A model generated the notes under the pieces. It saw nothing but the letters and a program-made list of their open reading frames with translations. It was not told where the DNA came from and searched no databases. A stretch of DNA of 64,000 bases from an uncultured Rikenella sp. (GTDB lineage: Bacteria > Bacteroidota > Bacteroidia > Bacteroidales > VadinHA17): the NCBI GenBank assembly GCA_964455705.1, contig CAYVYM010000002.1:67193-131192 (forward strand), given 5' to 3'. Position numbers and translations under genes: made by a program. The first letter of the stretch is position 1, and every line of letters starts with the position of its first letter. This document shows, one piece after another, positions 18,610 through 28,365 of the stretch.

Positions 18610-20433
18610 ATGAAAGGCTTTCTGGCGATAATGGTTTGTATTCTGGCATCACTAAATCTGGCTGCCCTGGAGGTCACCCTTACCGTTGACGCACCGGAGA
18701 GCGCAGTCGTGGGCCAGCGATTCAGGATTGTGTACACCGTGAACTCCACCGACGGCCAGTTCAGTCCGCCGAAATTCGAACCCTCATTCACCGTCTCCGG
18801 ACCACAGCAATCTACCAGTCGTAATGTACAGTGGATCAACGGACAGATGAGCTCAGTCTCTACCACCACCCTGATATATTACGTTATTGCCCAGACACCT
18901 GGTACCTACACCATTCCCCCGGCACAATTCGAGACCAAAAAGATCATCGTCAGCTCTGCAGAAAAGCAGATCGTTATTACAGCCGAAGGGTCAGTTCAGG
19001 GACAGAGCGCTGGTCAGAGTCAGGCGTCGTCCGGGCAGGGACAGGCTGCACTGGCAGCTGCAACCGGGTCCGGGGTTTCACTCAGGCTGTTACTCAGCAC
19101 TCGTGAGGTGTATGTCGGTCAACCGATTACAGGCACGCTTAAACTCTTCACACGCACCAGCCTCTCGGGCATCAATGATCTGCGATATCCTGACTTCAAG
19201 GGTTTCCTGCGCGAAGATGTAGAGACGCCTCCGCTGAGAAACCTTGAGAGTGAGGTCATCGACGGAGTTCAATACGGCACCGGTGTCCTCCAGAAGTTTA
19301 TCCTCTACCCTCAGATATCCGGTGACATACGGATAGACCCGGTGGAGATAACAGCCATGGTGCAGCAACGATCAAACGTACGTGACCCCTTCTTCGACGA
19401 TCCCTTTTTTGAAGGTTTCTTCTCGGGTGTTTCCACGGTTCCTCAGAAGGTGACGACGCAGCCGGTGACAATCAGGGTCAGGCCTCTTCCGGCTCCCAGG
19501 CCCGTCGACTTTCACGGTGCAGTGGGCTCATTTGGTCTATCCTCTTCACTCTCTGCCACGGAAGCCGAGGTCAATGACGCCATTACACTCACCGTTACCC
19601 TCAAAGGATCGGGTAATCTTAACCTTGCCGGCGAGCCGTTGATCAACTTCCCGCAGGGAATAGAAAAATATGATCCTAAAATCACAGTAAAGAGCTCAGG
19701 TTCAGCATCCGGAAGCAAGACATTTGAATACCTGCTCATTCCACGGAATAACGGCTCCTTCGATCTTCCTCCCGTATCATACACTGTGTTCGACCCTCAC
19801 CAGGAGAAGTACGTCACACTCCGTACCGGAGGCTACAGCGTCACGGTCACGGGCACGCCGGGCCAGGCAGAAACTACATCACCGATGTACATACCGGGAG
19901 AGGATGTCAGATACATTGGGCAGGACATACGGTTCATCCGTAACGGCAGCGGTGGTCTGGCAGTTTCTTCAGCTTCGCTTGTTGCAACAACATATTACTG
20001 GTTATGGTTCGCGCTTGCACTCTTCATTGCCGTAGTGGTGCTGCTGTTCAGGAGGGAGCGGATGAAGCGTAATGCCGATATAGCGGGAGTGCGCAACCGC
20101 AGGGCTGCCAGGAACGCCCGCCAACGCCTGGCAAAGGCTAATTTCCTGCTTAAATCCGGCAAGACCGAACTGGTTAACAGTGAGATCGCCAGGGCGCTGT
20201 GGGGTTACCTGAGCGACAAGCTGTCAATACCGATGTCAGAACTCACCAGGGAGAAATGCTACGCTGCCCTGGGAACGAGAAATGCAGGAGAAGAGCTGAT
20301 AACGGAGCTTGATCTCATCCTCTCCGCCACGGAGTATTCACAGTATGCCCCCAAATCTGAGGGAGAGAGTCCTGCAGGCCTTTACAGGAGAGCTGCTGTC
20401 CTGATTGGCAGGCTTGATAATGTGCTTGATTAA
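18610..20433 (+). CDS. batD: BatD-like (oxygen tolerance) protein
   Basis: Signal peptide MKGFLAIMVCILASLNLAA, large extracytoplasmic region, single C-proximal TM (YYWLWFALALFIAVVVLLF). Operon position fits. The track start at 18592 is a TTG. Confidence 0.7.
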   Translation: MKGFLAIMVCILASLNLAALEVTLTVDAPESAVVGQRFRIVYTVNSTDGQFSPPKFEPSFTVSGPQQSTSRNVQWINGQMSSVSTTTLIYYVIAQTPGTYTIPPAQFETKKIIVSSAEKQIVITAEGSVQGQSAGQSQASSGQGQAALAAATGSGVSLRLLLSTREVYVGQPITGTLKLFTRTSLSGINDLRYPDFKGFLREDVETPPLRNLESEVIDGVQYGTGVLQKFILYPQISGDIRIDPVEITAMVQQRSNVRDPFFDDPFFEGFFSGVSTVPQKVTTQPVTIRVRPLPAPRPVDFHGAVGSFGLSSSLSATEAEVNDAITLTVTLKGSGNLNLAGEPLINFPQGIEKYDPKITVKSSGSASGSKTFEYLLIPRNNGSFDLPPVSYTVFDPHQEKYVTLRTGGYSVTVTGTPGQAETTSPMYIPGEDVRYIGQDIRFIRNGSGGLAVSSASLVATTYYWLWFALALFIAVVVLLFRRERMKRNADIAGVRNRRAARNARQRLAKANFLLKSGKTELVNSEIARALWGYLSDKLSIPMSELTREKCYAALGTRNAGEELITELDLILSATEYSQYAPKSEGESPAGLYRRAAVLIGRLDNVLD

Positions 20434-20443
20434 AACGAAACAG

Positions 20444-21202
20444 ATGCGCAGAGCAATAGTCATCAATATAATCCTGATATTCTTCCTTACGAATATTGCC
20501 GGGCAGACTCCTGAAGAGAGATATGCGCAGGCAGGAGAGCTTTACAGTTCAGGCGACTATTCGGGGGCTGCAGGCATCTACAGGCAGCTTTATCATGACG
20601 GCTACAGAAGCGAGGACCTGCTGTACAACGCCGGAAACGCCTTCTTCAAGACGGGTGACAACGCCTACGCTATCCTCTTTTATGAGCGGGCGAAACTGAT
20701 TGCCCCCGCTGACGAGGATATCGACTACAACCTTCAGATCGCCAGGAGTAAGGTGACTGACAGGTTTGAGACCATTCCGGAGCTCTTTTTCGTACGGTGG
20801 ATTGACTTCCTGGCGCTGTTGACATCTACAAATGTATGGGCGGTGGCAGCATTGTCAATGTTTATTGTGGCACTGTTGTGTTCTATAATATTCCTGACTA
20901 TGGCGAGGGCAAAGGGAAGGCTGCTCTCCTTCTGGCTTTCACTTGCGGCAATCATCGTCTCGGCACTGATGGTCTCCCTGGCCTTACGGAATAATTCACT
21001 TGTAAATCACAACAATACGGCCGTGATCACATGCAGCATCGTCACCGGAAGCAGCGCCCCGGGCGAGACCGGCAGCGAGCTCTTCGTCATACACTCCGGC
21101 ACAAAAGTGACCGTGGAGCAGGAACTGGGTAACTTTCTTGAGGTGAAGCTCCCTGACGGCAATAAGGGATGGATGAGGGGCGACTGTCTGGAAAAGATTT
21201 AA
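20444..21202 (+). CDS. batE: BatE-like TPR + SH3b protein
   Basis: TPR repeats at the N-terminus, two TM helices, C-terminal SH3-like LEVKLPDGNKGWMRGDCL. The track start at 20405 is a TTG; I use the ATG at 20444. Confidence 0.7.
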   Translation: MRRAIVINIILIFFLTNIAGQTPEERYAQAGELYSSGDYSGAAGIYRQLYHDGYRSEDLLYNAGNAFFKTGDNAYAILFYERAKLIAPADEDIDYNLQIARSKVTDRFETIPELFFVRWIDFLALLTSTNVWAVAALSMFIVALLCSIIFLTMARAKGRLLSFWLSLAAIIVSALMVSLALRNNSLVNHNNTAVITCSIVTGSSAPGETGSELFVIHSGTKVTVEQELGNFLEVKLPDGNKGWMRGDCLEKI

Positions 21203-21254
21203 CCCTTTTATCACATTTTTCTTAACTTTCCGTCAGTAATCAAATTATACGGAG

Positions 21255-21674
21255 ATGAAAGGAAAACCAGCGCTGGTCTTATTGGTGGCGATTGTCATGC
21301 TGACAGCATGCAAGAAGAGATGTATCACACCTGAAGGCCCAACAGATGTCCGTATCTTTAACAACACCGGACTGACAATGGAGGAGGTGACAGTCACAAC
21401 TACTGATAATACTGATTATGCAATTAGGATCCATAACTTCGGCTCCGTGGCTGCCGATGCATATTCAGAATATTTCAGGTTTGATATTGCCTTCACGGAG
21501 GCTGACATCACGCTGAAAATCGGTGATCTTACATACTCCACGCCCCCGTCCCAATTTGACTATCTCACATATATCGGCCAGGATCGCATAACATACCGTC
21601 TGACGATAGCTGACGCCGTGAACCGGATCCTGGAGATAGAGACCATAATTGAAGAGCCTATCGATGACCTTTAG
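21255..21674 (+). CDS. hypothetical lipoprotein
   Basis: Lipobox LTAC after a hydrophobic leader. No other motif recognised. Confidence 0.55.
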   Translation: MKGKPALVLLVAIVMLTACKKRCITPEGPTDVRIFNNTGLTMEEVTVTTTDNTDYAIRIHNFGSVAADAYSEYFRFDIAFTEADITLKIGDLTYSTPPSQFDYLTYIGQDRITYRLTIADAVNRILEIETIIEEPIDDL

Positions 21675-21682
21675 GGGTTTTT

Positions 21683-23710
21683 ATGAAAGAGTTTATAACC
21701 GTCTGTCCGCGTAACTGTTACAGCACCTGTACATTCAGGGTATTTACCGAAGGGGGCAGGGTGGTACGCATACTCCCTTATGAGGGCAACCTTGCCGCAC
21801 CCGAAGGGCCGTGTATAAAAGGCCTGTCATATCTTGAGCGTGAGTATTCCGCCTCGCGAATAATATATCCTCTACAGAGGCAGGCAGACGGATCATTCGC
21901 CCGGATTGGAACAGAGGAGGCTCTGGATATAATCTCAGGAAAACTACTGACTGTCCGGGAGAAGCATGGTCCTCATTCAGTTCTTTTCTACAAGGGGAGT
22001 GGTAATTCAGGGCTGAGCAATGATATTGCAGGGAACTTCTGGAACCTTTTCGGCGGCGCCACAACAACATACGGTAACCTATGCTGGCCGGCAGGCCTCG
22101 AGGCTGTCAGGCTGACCCTGGGAGAGGTGAAGCATAATGTGCCGTGGGACCTGGCCAACGCAAGTCTCATAATACTTTGGGGCAAGAACCCGGCAGAGAC
22201 CAACGTGCAGGAGATGATCCACATCGACAGGGCACGCCGGAACGGTGCAAAGGTTGTGGTCATCGATCCGCGCCGCACCCCCACAGCCGACAAGGCCGAT
22301 ATTCTCTTACAGCCTCGTCCGGGTACGGATGCAGCCCTGGCTCTGGCAATGGCAAAGGTCATAATAGACAGGAACCTTACCAACAGGGAGTTCATTGAAA
22401 AGCATGTCTCAGGTTTTGATCAGTTTGCAGCGTCACTTAAGATAACGTCAGATAAAGCACAGGATATCACAGGCATACCTTCTAACGAAATTGTCAGGCT
22501 GGCGGTTATGGCAGCCGGAGCAGAGCGACTGACGGTGGTGGCCGGCTACGGTCTGCAGCGCTATACCAACGGCGGGCAAACGATCAGATCCATACTTTCA
22601 ATGCCGGTTATCACGGGCATGATCGGAAAGTCCGGCTGCGGATTCAACTTCGCCAACCTGCAGAGCTACATATTTGATGACATTAAGGAACCACTAAGCT
22701 ATTACCCGGACCCTGAGGCTGACAAACCCTTCAGGCGTGCAATTTCGTTAGCAACATTTGGCCCTGATTTCTTTGCACTGAAAGAGCCGGGCATAGAGGT
22801 GGCGTGGATAGAGAGGGGCAACCCCGTTATACAGCTCCCCGGCAGCGGTGAGGTGAGAAAGGCACTGGAGTCGGTGCCATTTACGGTGGTGGTGGAGCAG
22901 TTCATGACAGACACTGCCGCCATGGCAGACATAATTCTGCCGGCCAAAGGCATCTTTGAACAGGCTGACGTGGTAGGTTCTTACTGGAACCCTTATGTCC
23001 AATATAAGCCCGCCGTAGCCGATCCTCCGGGTGAGGTGATGCCTGAAAGCGAAATCTACAGGCGCCTGGCGGAAAAAATGGGGCTGGATATCAGCAACAA
23101 CAACGGCATACCAGACCCGGGTGGTTATGCCGGGTGGCTCAAGGAACGCATAATCCATACGCCGGGGTTCTCTTATGACGAATTGATGCAGAAACCCGTC
23201 ATCCCTGAACAGAATGAAGACCCGGCATATGCAGATGGAAAGTTCAATACCCTCTCTGGAAAAATTGAACTGTGGTCCGACACCGCAGTGAAGCTGTGGG
23301 GGGTGAATCCACTGCCCACCTATGAACCTCCTGACGACTTCGGAGAAGGGCATCTTCCCTTCAGGCTGATGACGCCGAACATTGCATCACGGATCCACTC
23401 CCAGTTCGGGAATCTGGAGGTGGTGAAGAGTGTCATTGAGGATCCGGCATGGGAGATCTCCGTCAGCGATGCCCGCAGGCTGGGTCTGAAGAGCGGTGAT
23501 ACAATCAGGGTCTTCAACTCACGAGGCGAGGTAAAGGGTCGGGTGATTGTTACAGCCCGGGTCCGGCAGGGAAGCATCGTCTTTCCAAACGGTATCTGGC
23601 TGGCTGAGGGCGGAGGAGTGAACAGTCTCATAGTGCCGGCTGAGACAGACATGGGACATGGAGCAGCCTTTCATAATACAAGGGTTGACATCGAAAAGTT
23701 GCCGGTATGA
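21683..23710 (+). CDS. molybdopterin (bis-MGD) oxidoreductase catalytic subunit, no Tat/signal peptide
   Basis: The N-terminal C-x2-C-x3-C...C cluster motif (CPRNCYSTC...PCIKG) begins at residue 8. DMSO-reductase-family blocks are present: ILWGKNPAETN, VVVIDPRRT, GTDAALALAM. There is a C-terminal beta-barrel domain (IRVFNSRGEV). Confidence 0.85.
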   Translation: MKEFITVCPRNCYSTCTFRVFTEGGRVVRILPYEGNLAAPEGPCIKGLSYLEREYSASRIIYPLQRQADGSFARIGTEEALDIISGKLLTVREKHGPHSVLFYKGSGNSGLSNDIAGNFWNLFGGATTTYGNLCWPAGLEAVRLTLGEVKHNVPWDLANASLIILWGKNPAETNVQEMIHIDRARRNGAKVVVIDPRRTPTADKADILLQPRPGTDAALALAMAKVIIDRNLTNREFIEKHVSGFDQFAASLKITSDKAQDITGIPSNEIVRLAVMAAGAERLTVVAGYGLQRYTNGGQTIRSILSMPVITGMIGKSGCGFNFANLQSYIFDDIKEPLSYYPDPEADKPFRRAISLATFGPDFFALKEPGIEVAWIERGNPVIQLPGSGEVRKALESVPFTVVVEQFMTDTAAMADIILPAKGIFEQADVVGSYWNPYVQYKPAVADPPGEVMPESEIYRRLAEKMGLDISNNNGIPDPGGYAGWLKERIIHTPGFSYDELMQKPVIPEQNEDPAYADGKFNTLSGKIELWSDTAVKLWGVNPLPTYEPPDDFGEGHLPFRLMTPNIASRIHSQFGNLEVVKSVIEDPAWEISVSDARRLGLKSGDTIRVFNSRGEVKGRVIVTARVRQGSIVFPNGIWLAEGGGVNSLIVPAETDMGHGAAFHNTRVDIEKLPV

Positions 23711-25077
23711 GAAGGGGATTTGTATTCGATGCCGCACTCTGTGTGAGCTGCAAGGCCTGCAACGCTGCATGCATTCTGGAAAACGGGCTTCAGCCGGGGA
23801 CACGGAGCATATATACATGGAACGACTCAGGCCTGCCACTGTTGTCCGTCATCAGCCTATCCCTGGCCTGCAACCACTGTGAAAAGCCAGCCTGCGCGGA
23901 AGGCTGTCCTGCAAAAGCGTACTCTATTGAAGGTACCGGGGTGGTGATACATCATGCCGACCGGTGCATGGGATGCGGCTACTGCACCTGGAGATGCCCC
24001 TACGATGCACCGAAGATCAACCATACTCTTGGATATATCGAAAAATGCCATTTTTGCGCCGACAGAGCCATTGAAGGTATAGAACCGGCATGTGTGACCG
24101 CCTGTCCGACTGGCGCCCTTAAAATGAGCGAGAGAGAGCATTTTGACGGGGTTATGCCTGCCTGGTTTCCTGAAACTGGCATAGGACCATCGCTGATTAT
24201 CAAAAACGCTGACCGTATTACCGGGCCGGAAATCATTCCCCGCGATAATGGTGATGAGGCAGCGGAGACGAACCCGGACCACGACGAGGACCCGGGTGAA
24301 GACCATATCCCGAATCCCGCCAGGATACGGAAGGAGTGGAGCCTGATGCTTTTCTCCCTGATGGTGATCACAGCCTCAGCATTAATGGTTTACTCGGAAT
24401 TGACAGACACTGTTGTGTCAGGCCTGCTGCCAGTCCTTCTGCTTGCAGGGGCAATGGCAGTATCGGTTGCACACCTCGGTGTGCCCGGCAAAGCATGGAG
24501 GGCACTCCTCAATATAGTCTCCTCTCCGTTGAGCCGTGAGATAGCGATTGTCGTAATACTGACAGGGATTGCGTTACTGAACTGGGTGGTACCGGGACTG
24601 ATCGCACCGGTTATTGTTATTATAGCATCCTTTCTGACGCTGATTTCAATTGACCTGGTCTTCTTTGCGGCCGACAGGTCATTTAGTCTCAAGCTGCACA
24701 GCGGGCAGGCATTCTTTTCGGGCATATATGCGGTATCATGGTTTATTCAGCCTGACTATATTTTTCTTGTCTTTTCAATGCTGGCGGCACTATCCGTCGT
24801 CATGCGATACGGATCAACCGGCAGATCTCCGCTCGTTCGCAACCTCTATTATTTCAGGGCAATGACGCTTCCGCTGGTCTTCCTGCTCATCTACCCGGGC
24901 ACTCCCTTAATGAACACAGCTGCACTGGTACTCTTCATGGCCGGAGTGGTTGCAGACCGGGTGCTTTTCTACTTCGATTTCAATCCTGTTAATATCAAAG
25001 AGACTATATCTGACCAATTCAACACCGAATATGAAAAAGAGAGAGATAAACAGCGTAAGGACTCCGGTCTATCGTGA
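23707..25077 (+). CDS. fused 4x[4Fe-4S] ferredoxin (DmsB/NrfC-like) + polytopic membrane anchor
   Basis: Four Cys clusters (CVSCKACNAAC, CNHCEKPACAEGCP, CMGCGYCTWRCP, CHFC...CVTACP), then an acidic linker, then about 230 aa of TM helices. ATGA overlap with the upstream gene. Confidence 0.8.
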   Translation: MRRGFVFDAALCVSCKACNAACILENGLQPGTRSIYTWNDSGLPLLSVISLSLACNHCEKPACAEGCPAKAYSIEGTGVVIHHADRCMGCGYCTWRCPYDAPKINHTLGYIEKCHFCADRAIEGIEPACVTACPTGALKMSEREHFDGVMPAWFPETGIGPSLIIKNADRITGPEIIPRDNGDEAAETNPDHDEDPGEDHIPNPARIRKEWSLMLFSLMVITASALMVYSELTDTVVSGLLPVLLLAGAMAVSVAHLGVPGKAWRALLNIVSSPLSREIAIVVILTGIALLNWVVPGLIAPVIVIIASFLTLISIDLVFFAADRSFSLKLHSGQAFFSGIYAVSWFIQPDYIFLVFSMLAALSVVMRYGSTGRSPLVRNLYYFRAMTLPLVFLLIYPGTPLMNTAALVLFMAGVVADRVLFYFDFNPVNIKETISDQFNTEYEKERDKQRKDSGLS

Positions 25078-26200
25078 TTCCGGGTTCGAGCTGCCGACAG
25101 CCGGAACTACCTCCGGCGCCTTTGCCGCGGAGACATCGCACGAGAGGGAACCTGACCAGTACATCTATTCACGCTACCGCAATCCTACTGTAGTTGCCGC
25201 GGAGGAGGCCATCATGGTACTTGAGGGCTCAGAGTGGGCCCTGCTGGCACAGTCGGGCATGGCCGCCATTGACATCGCTCTCTCAATCTTCCAGGAGGCC
25301 GGAAAAAAGAGTAACTGGCTCTTTTTCTCCGAGATATATGGTGGCACTCTCTCCTACATCAGCAGTGTGCTAGCAAAGCGCAGAGGCCTGGAAGTAAGTT
25401 TCTTCACTCCGTCAGCCGGAGGCTATGACTACAGCCGTCTGGAAAGCATGCTCGGGGAGGTTCGCCCTGACCTGGTCTATTTTGAAACAATCTCAAATCC
25501 TCTTCTCATGGTTGCCGAGGGTCGAAGGATAATCACCATGGCAAAGCAACAGGGTGCCAGGGTCATTGTTGACAACACCTTTGCCACGCCGTTACTATGG
25601 AAGCCCCTTGACGACGGCGCCGACATTGTCATCCACAGTGCCACGAAGTACCTGTCCGGTCATGGCAACCTGACTGCCGGGGTCATCTGCGGCAATGACA
25701 CAAAACTGATGCAGAGCGCAATAGAGTACCGCAAGATTGTCGGCCACATGTTGTCGCCCGATGAGGCATACCGGCTGCAGACGCAGATGGCATCGTTTGA
25801 GCTTCGGTTCAGCCGGCAGTGTGACAATGCCTCAGTTGTGGCGGCGCTGCTTAGCGCATCAAAACATGTGGAGAGGGTCTTATACCCCGGCCTTGAAACA
25901 CACGATACACATGCTGCAGCACGGGATCTTACCGGGGGCAGGGGCTACGGCGCCATGGTCACCTTCGATTTCAGAGGCAGCACCCCTGAGGCTAAGAGAA
26001 TGAGGCGCGACAGCTTCATCGCTGCAGTTTACCCGGAGATAAGGCTTATACCTTCCCTGGGTGACAATCACACCATCCTGATGCCCGTTGAGTCTGTCTG
26101 GGGAGCAAAATACCCTGAACCGGGAATGATAAGAATGTCTCTCGGCTACGAGGACCGCAATGTGATAGAATCAGTCATCAGGCGCGGACTTGAGGCGTGA
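25031..26200 (+). CDS. Cys/Met-metabolism PLP-dependent enzyme (cystathionine gamma-synthase / methionine gamma-lyase family)
   Basis: YSRYRNPT, VDNTFATP, HSATKYLSGHGN (PLP lysine). I place the start at ATG 25031 (MKKREINS...), which overlaps the previous gene by 47 nt. The track's 24950 start lies deep inside that gene. Confidence 0.8.
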   Translation: MKKREINSVRTPVYRDSGFELPTAGTTSGAFAAETSHEREPDQYIYSRYRNPTVVAAEEAIMVLEGSEWALLAQSGMAAIDIALSIFQEAGKKSNWLFFSEIYGGTLSYISSVLAKRRGLEVSFFTPSAGGYDYSRLESMLGEVRPDLVYFETISNPLLMVAEGRRIITMAKQQGARVIVDNTFATPLLWKPLDDGADIVIHSATKYLSGHGNLTAGVICGNDTKLMQSAIEYRKIVGHMLSPDEAYRLQTQMASFELRFSRQCDNASVVAALLSASKHVERVLYPGLETHDTHAAARDLTGGRGYGAMVTFDFRGSTPEAKRMRRDSFIAAVYPEIRLIPSLGDNHTILMPVESVWGAKYPEPGMIRMSLGYEDRNVIESVIRRGLEA

Positions 26201-26863
26201 TCACCACTCCACCGGCTCAAGGCCCCTTGCTGTGAGCCATTCGTTGCATTTGCTGAAATGCGAGCAGCCGAAAAAACCCCGCGAGGCAGAGAGGGGAGAG
26301 GGATGAACCGTCCTCAGAATGAGATTCCGGGTATTATCGATTGACGCACCCTTGTTCTGTGCATAATTACCCCACAGCATGAAGACCAGGTTTTCACGGT
26401 CACGGTTCAGGGTGCTGATGGCGGCATCAGTGAATTTTTCCCAACCCCTTTTCTCATGAGAGAGGGCCCGATGTGCCCTGACAGTCAGGATGGCGTTGAG
26501 GAGAAGCACACCCTGACTGGCCCAGCGCCCGAGGTTGCCCGACGACGGGACGGGGACGCCAAGATCCCTGTTAAGCTCCTTGAAGATATTGATAAGGCTG
26601 GGGGGGAGCTCTGTACCGTCGGTGACGGAGAAACAGAGCCCGTGGGCCTGGCCCGGGTTATGATAGGGATCCTGGCCGATTATGACAACCTTCACCCTGT
26701 CAAACGGGCAAAGGTTAAAGGCATTGAATATCAGGTTCCCCGGCGGAAAGACACGGGTGGACGTGTACTCCTTTCTCACAAAGTCGGTCAGGTTGACAAA
26801 ATACTCCTTCTCAAATTCATCCCTGAGCTTCTCCTTCCAGCTTGTTTCGATCTTGACTTCCAT
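26201..26863 (-). CDS. ung: uracil-DNA glycosylase (family 1)
   Basis: VVIIGQDPYH, GVLLLN and HPSPLS motifs. Confidence 0.9.
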   Translation of the reverse strand: MEVKIETSWKEKLRDEFEKEYFVNLTDFVRKEYTSTRVFPPGNLIFNAFNLCPFDRVKVVIIGQDPYHNPGQAHGLCFSVTDGTELPPSLINIFKELNRDLGVPVPSSGNLGRWASQGVLLLNAILTVRAHRALSHEKRGWEKFTDAAISTLNRDRENLVFMLWGNYAQNKGASIDNTRNLILRTVHPSPLSASRGFFGCSHFSKCNEWLTARGLEPVEW

Positions 26864-26911
26864 TCGGTTGACTTTTGCTGATGAGATTTACGGGATAAAT
26901 ATATCCAACTT

Positions 26912-27391
26912 TCAGAGAACCTTGCGGTAAACCAGTTTGGGATCGCCGGGCCCGTAGTACTCGCGGAGGGTTGCCTCCAGCTCGTAGCCGTTTTTCAGAT
27001 AGAAGTGCCGGGTAGGTTCGTAGAGCGGCCTGCCGGAGGTCTCGATCCATAGGATCCTGGCTCCAAGGGCCCTGACACGTTCTTCAACCTCATTCAGGAT
27101 AACTGATCCGTAATGCTTCTGTCTGTGCTCCTCCTGTATGGCGATCCAATAGAGGTCCCATGAATGTATGGAGGATGGATTCGGACCGAAATTAGCGAAT
27201 CCGACTACCTCTCCATCTTCAAGGAGTCTGACCCAGTAATAGCCGCTCTTCTCCTGCCCATTTGCGAAGGTCTCATCAGCAAGAGAGAGCGCCACTTCGA
27301 TCTCAAAATCATAGAAATACCCTGATGAGGTCAGGATTTTCTCAAGTGCCGGCCTGTCTGCCGGGGCGATTTCAAACGAGACTTCAGGCAT
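26912..27391 (-). CDS. GNAT-family N-acetyltransferase (159 aa)
   Basis: IAIQEEHRQKHYGSVIL (acetyl-CoA binding Q/R-x-x-G-x-G/A-like region) and FYLKNGYE tail. Last gene of the aminomutase operon. Confidence 0.75.
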   Translation of the reverse strand: MPEVSFEIAPADRPALEKILTSSGYFYDFEIEVALSLADETFANGQEKSGYYWVRLLEDGEVVGFANFGPNPSSIHSWDLYWIAIQEEHRQKHYGSVILNEVEERVRALGARILWIETSGRPLYEPTRHFYLKNGYELEATLREYYGPGDPKLVYRKVL

Positions 27392-27399
27392 TCTACCGG

Positions 27400-28365
27400 C
27401 TATTTGTTAAGATCGTTGATTATATGGCTGATTATCTCCTCATTGGTATATCCGGCATGAACCGCCGCCGAAATGAATCCGCTGTCAGGGGAGATGCAGG
27501 GGTTGGCATTCACCTCCAGGACATAGACATTCTCATCGGCATCAGAACGCAGGTCTACCCGTGCATATCCCTTCAGTCCGAATGTATGCCAGCAGGCCAA
27601 TACAGCCTCCGTGATATTATTCAACAGCCTGTCACTCAGGTCGCCGGGAAAATTCCGGAGGGTATGGTCAAACTGGAATGTATGTTCCACCCACTTTGCC
27701 TTATAGCTCACTATGCGGGGGATCTCATCAGGATAATCCTGGAAGATCATCTCGGCGGGTGGTAGCATCTCAGGCCCCGCAGGGCTTGCTATCACACTTA
27801 CGTTGAACTCCCTTCCCTCAATAAATTCCTCAATAAACCAGTGATTGTCGTTTTTATCCTTAAGAATCTCCGGAAGAGCCCCGTCCCAGGTAAATACGGA
27901 TTCTTCAGTGATGCCAAGTGATCCGTCTTCCCATACGGGTTTGAGGATATATCTCGCTCCACGGACCAGATCGCGGGCCTCAGACACCCTGTGCCCACCC
28001 GCCACCGGGATACCGTTGACTTTCATAAACCTTCGGGCCAGCACCTTGCTTGCGGTAACGAACGTCGCTTCCACGGGACAGCCCGTATAGGGGATATGGT
28101 GCATGTTCAGCAGGGCGGGAATGAAATAGAGAATCTCCGCCTTCTGTCCGACAGACTCCACAAGATTGAAAATGAAATCGTAGCCTTCATCGGCAAGGCA
28201 GGCTACCTGGTGCATGAAATCGTCCGTAATACCCAGGCGACCGACATCGTATCCAAGGGTCTGCAGTGTGGAGCCGATGAAATTCACCTGGGCCAGGACA
28301 TCCAGTTCGTCGGGCAGTGCGTCAGGGGCGGGCTCGTTGTAGATTATGAGACATCTTTTCTTCAT
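27400..28365 (-). CDS. ATP-grasp ligase (D-Ala-D-Ala-ligase-like family), copy 2
   Basis: Ddl-like layout: pre-ATP-grasp domain, KPVWEDGSLGI, FIEEFIEGREFNV, GYARVDLRSD...YVLEVNANPCI. Its ATG overlaps the upstream stop (TGATG). Confidence 0.75.
   Translation of the reverse strand: MKKRCLIIYNEPAPDALPDELDVLAQVNFIGSTLQTLGYDVGRLGITDDFMHQVACLADEGYDFIFNLVESVGQKAEILYFIPALLNMHHIPYTGCPVEATFVTASKVLARRFMKVNGIPVAGGHRVSEARDLVRGARYILKPVWEDGSLGITEESVFTWDGALPEILKDKNDNHWFIEEFIEGREFNVSVIASPAGPEMLPPAEMIFQDYPDEIPRIVSYKAKWVEHTFQFDHTLRNFPGDLSDRLLNNITEAVLACWHTFGLKGYARVDLRSDADENVYVLEVNANPCISPDSGFISAAVHAGYTNEEIISHIINDLNK

Noticed and set aside
22748-23353. 201-aa minus-strand ORF inside the molybdoenzyme gene; likewise 57398-57916 inside aroA and 21988-22395
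   Set aside because: They are antisense to genes with unambiguous family motifs and have no independent support.
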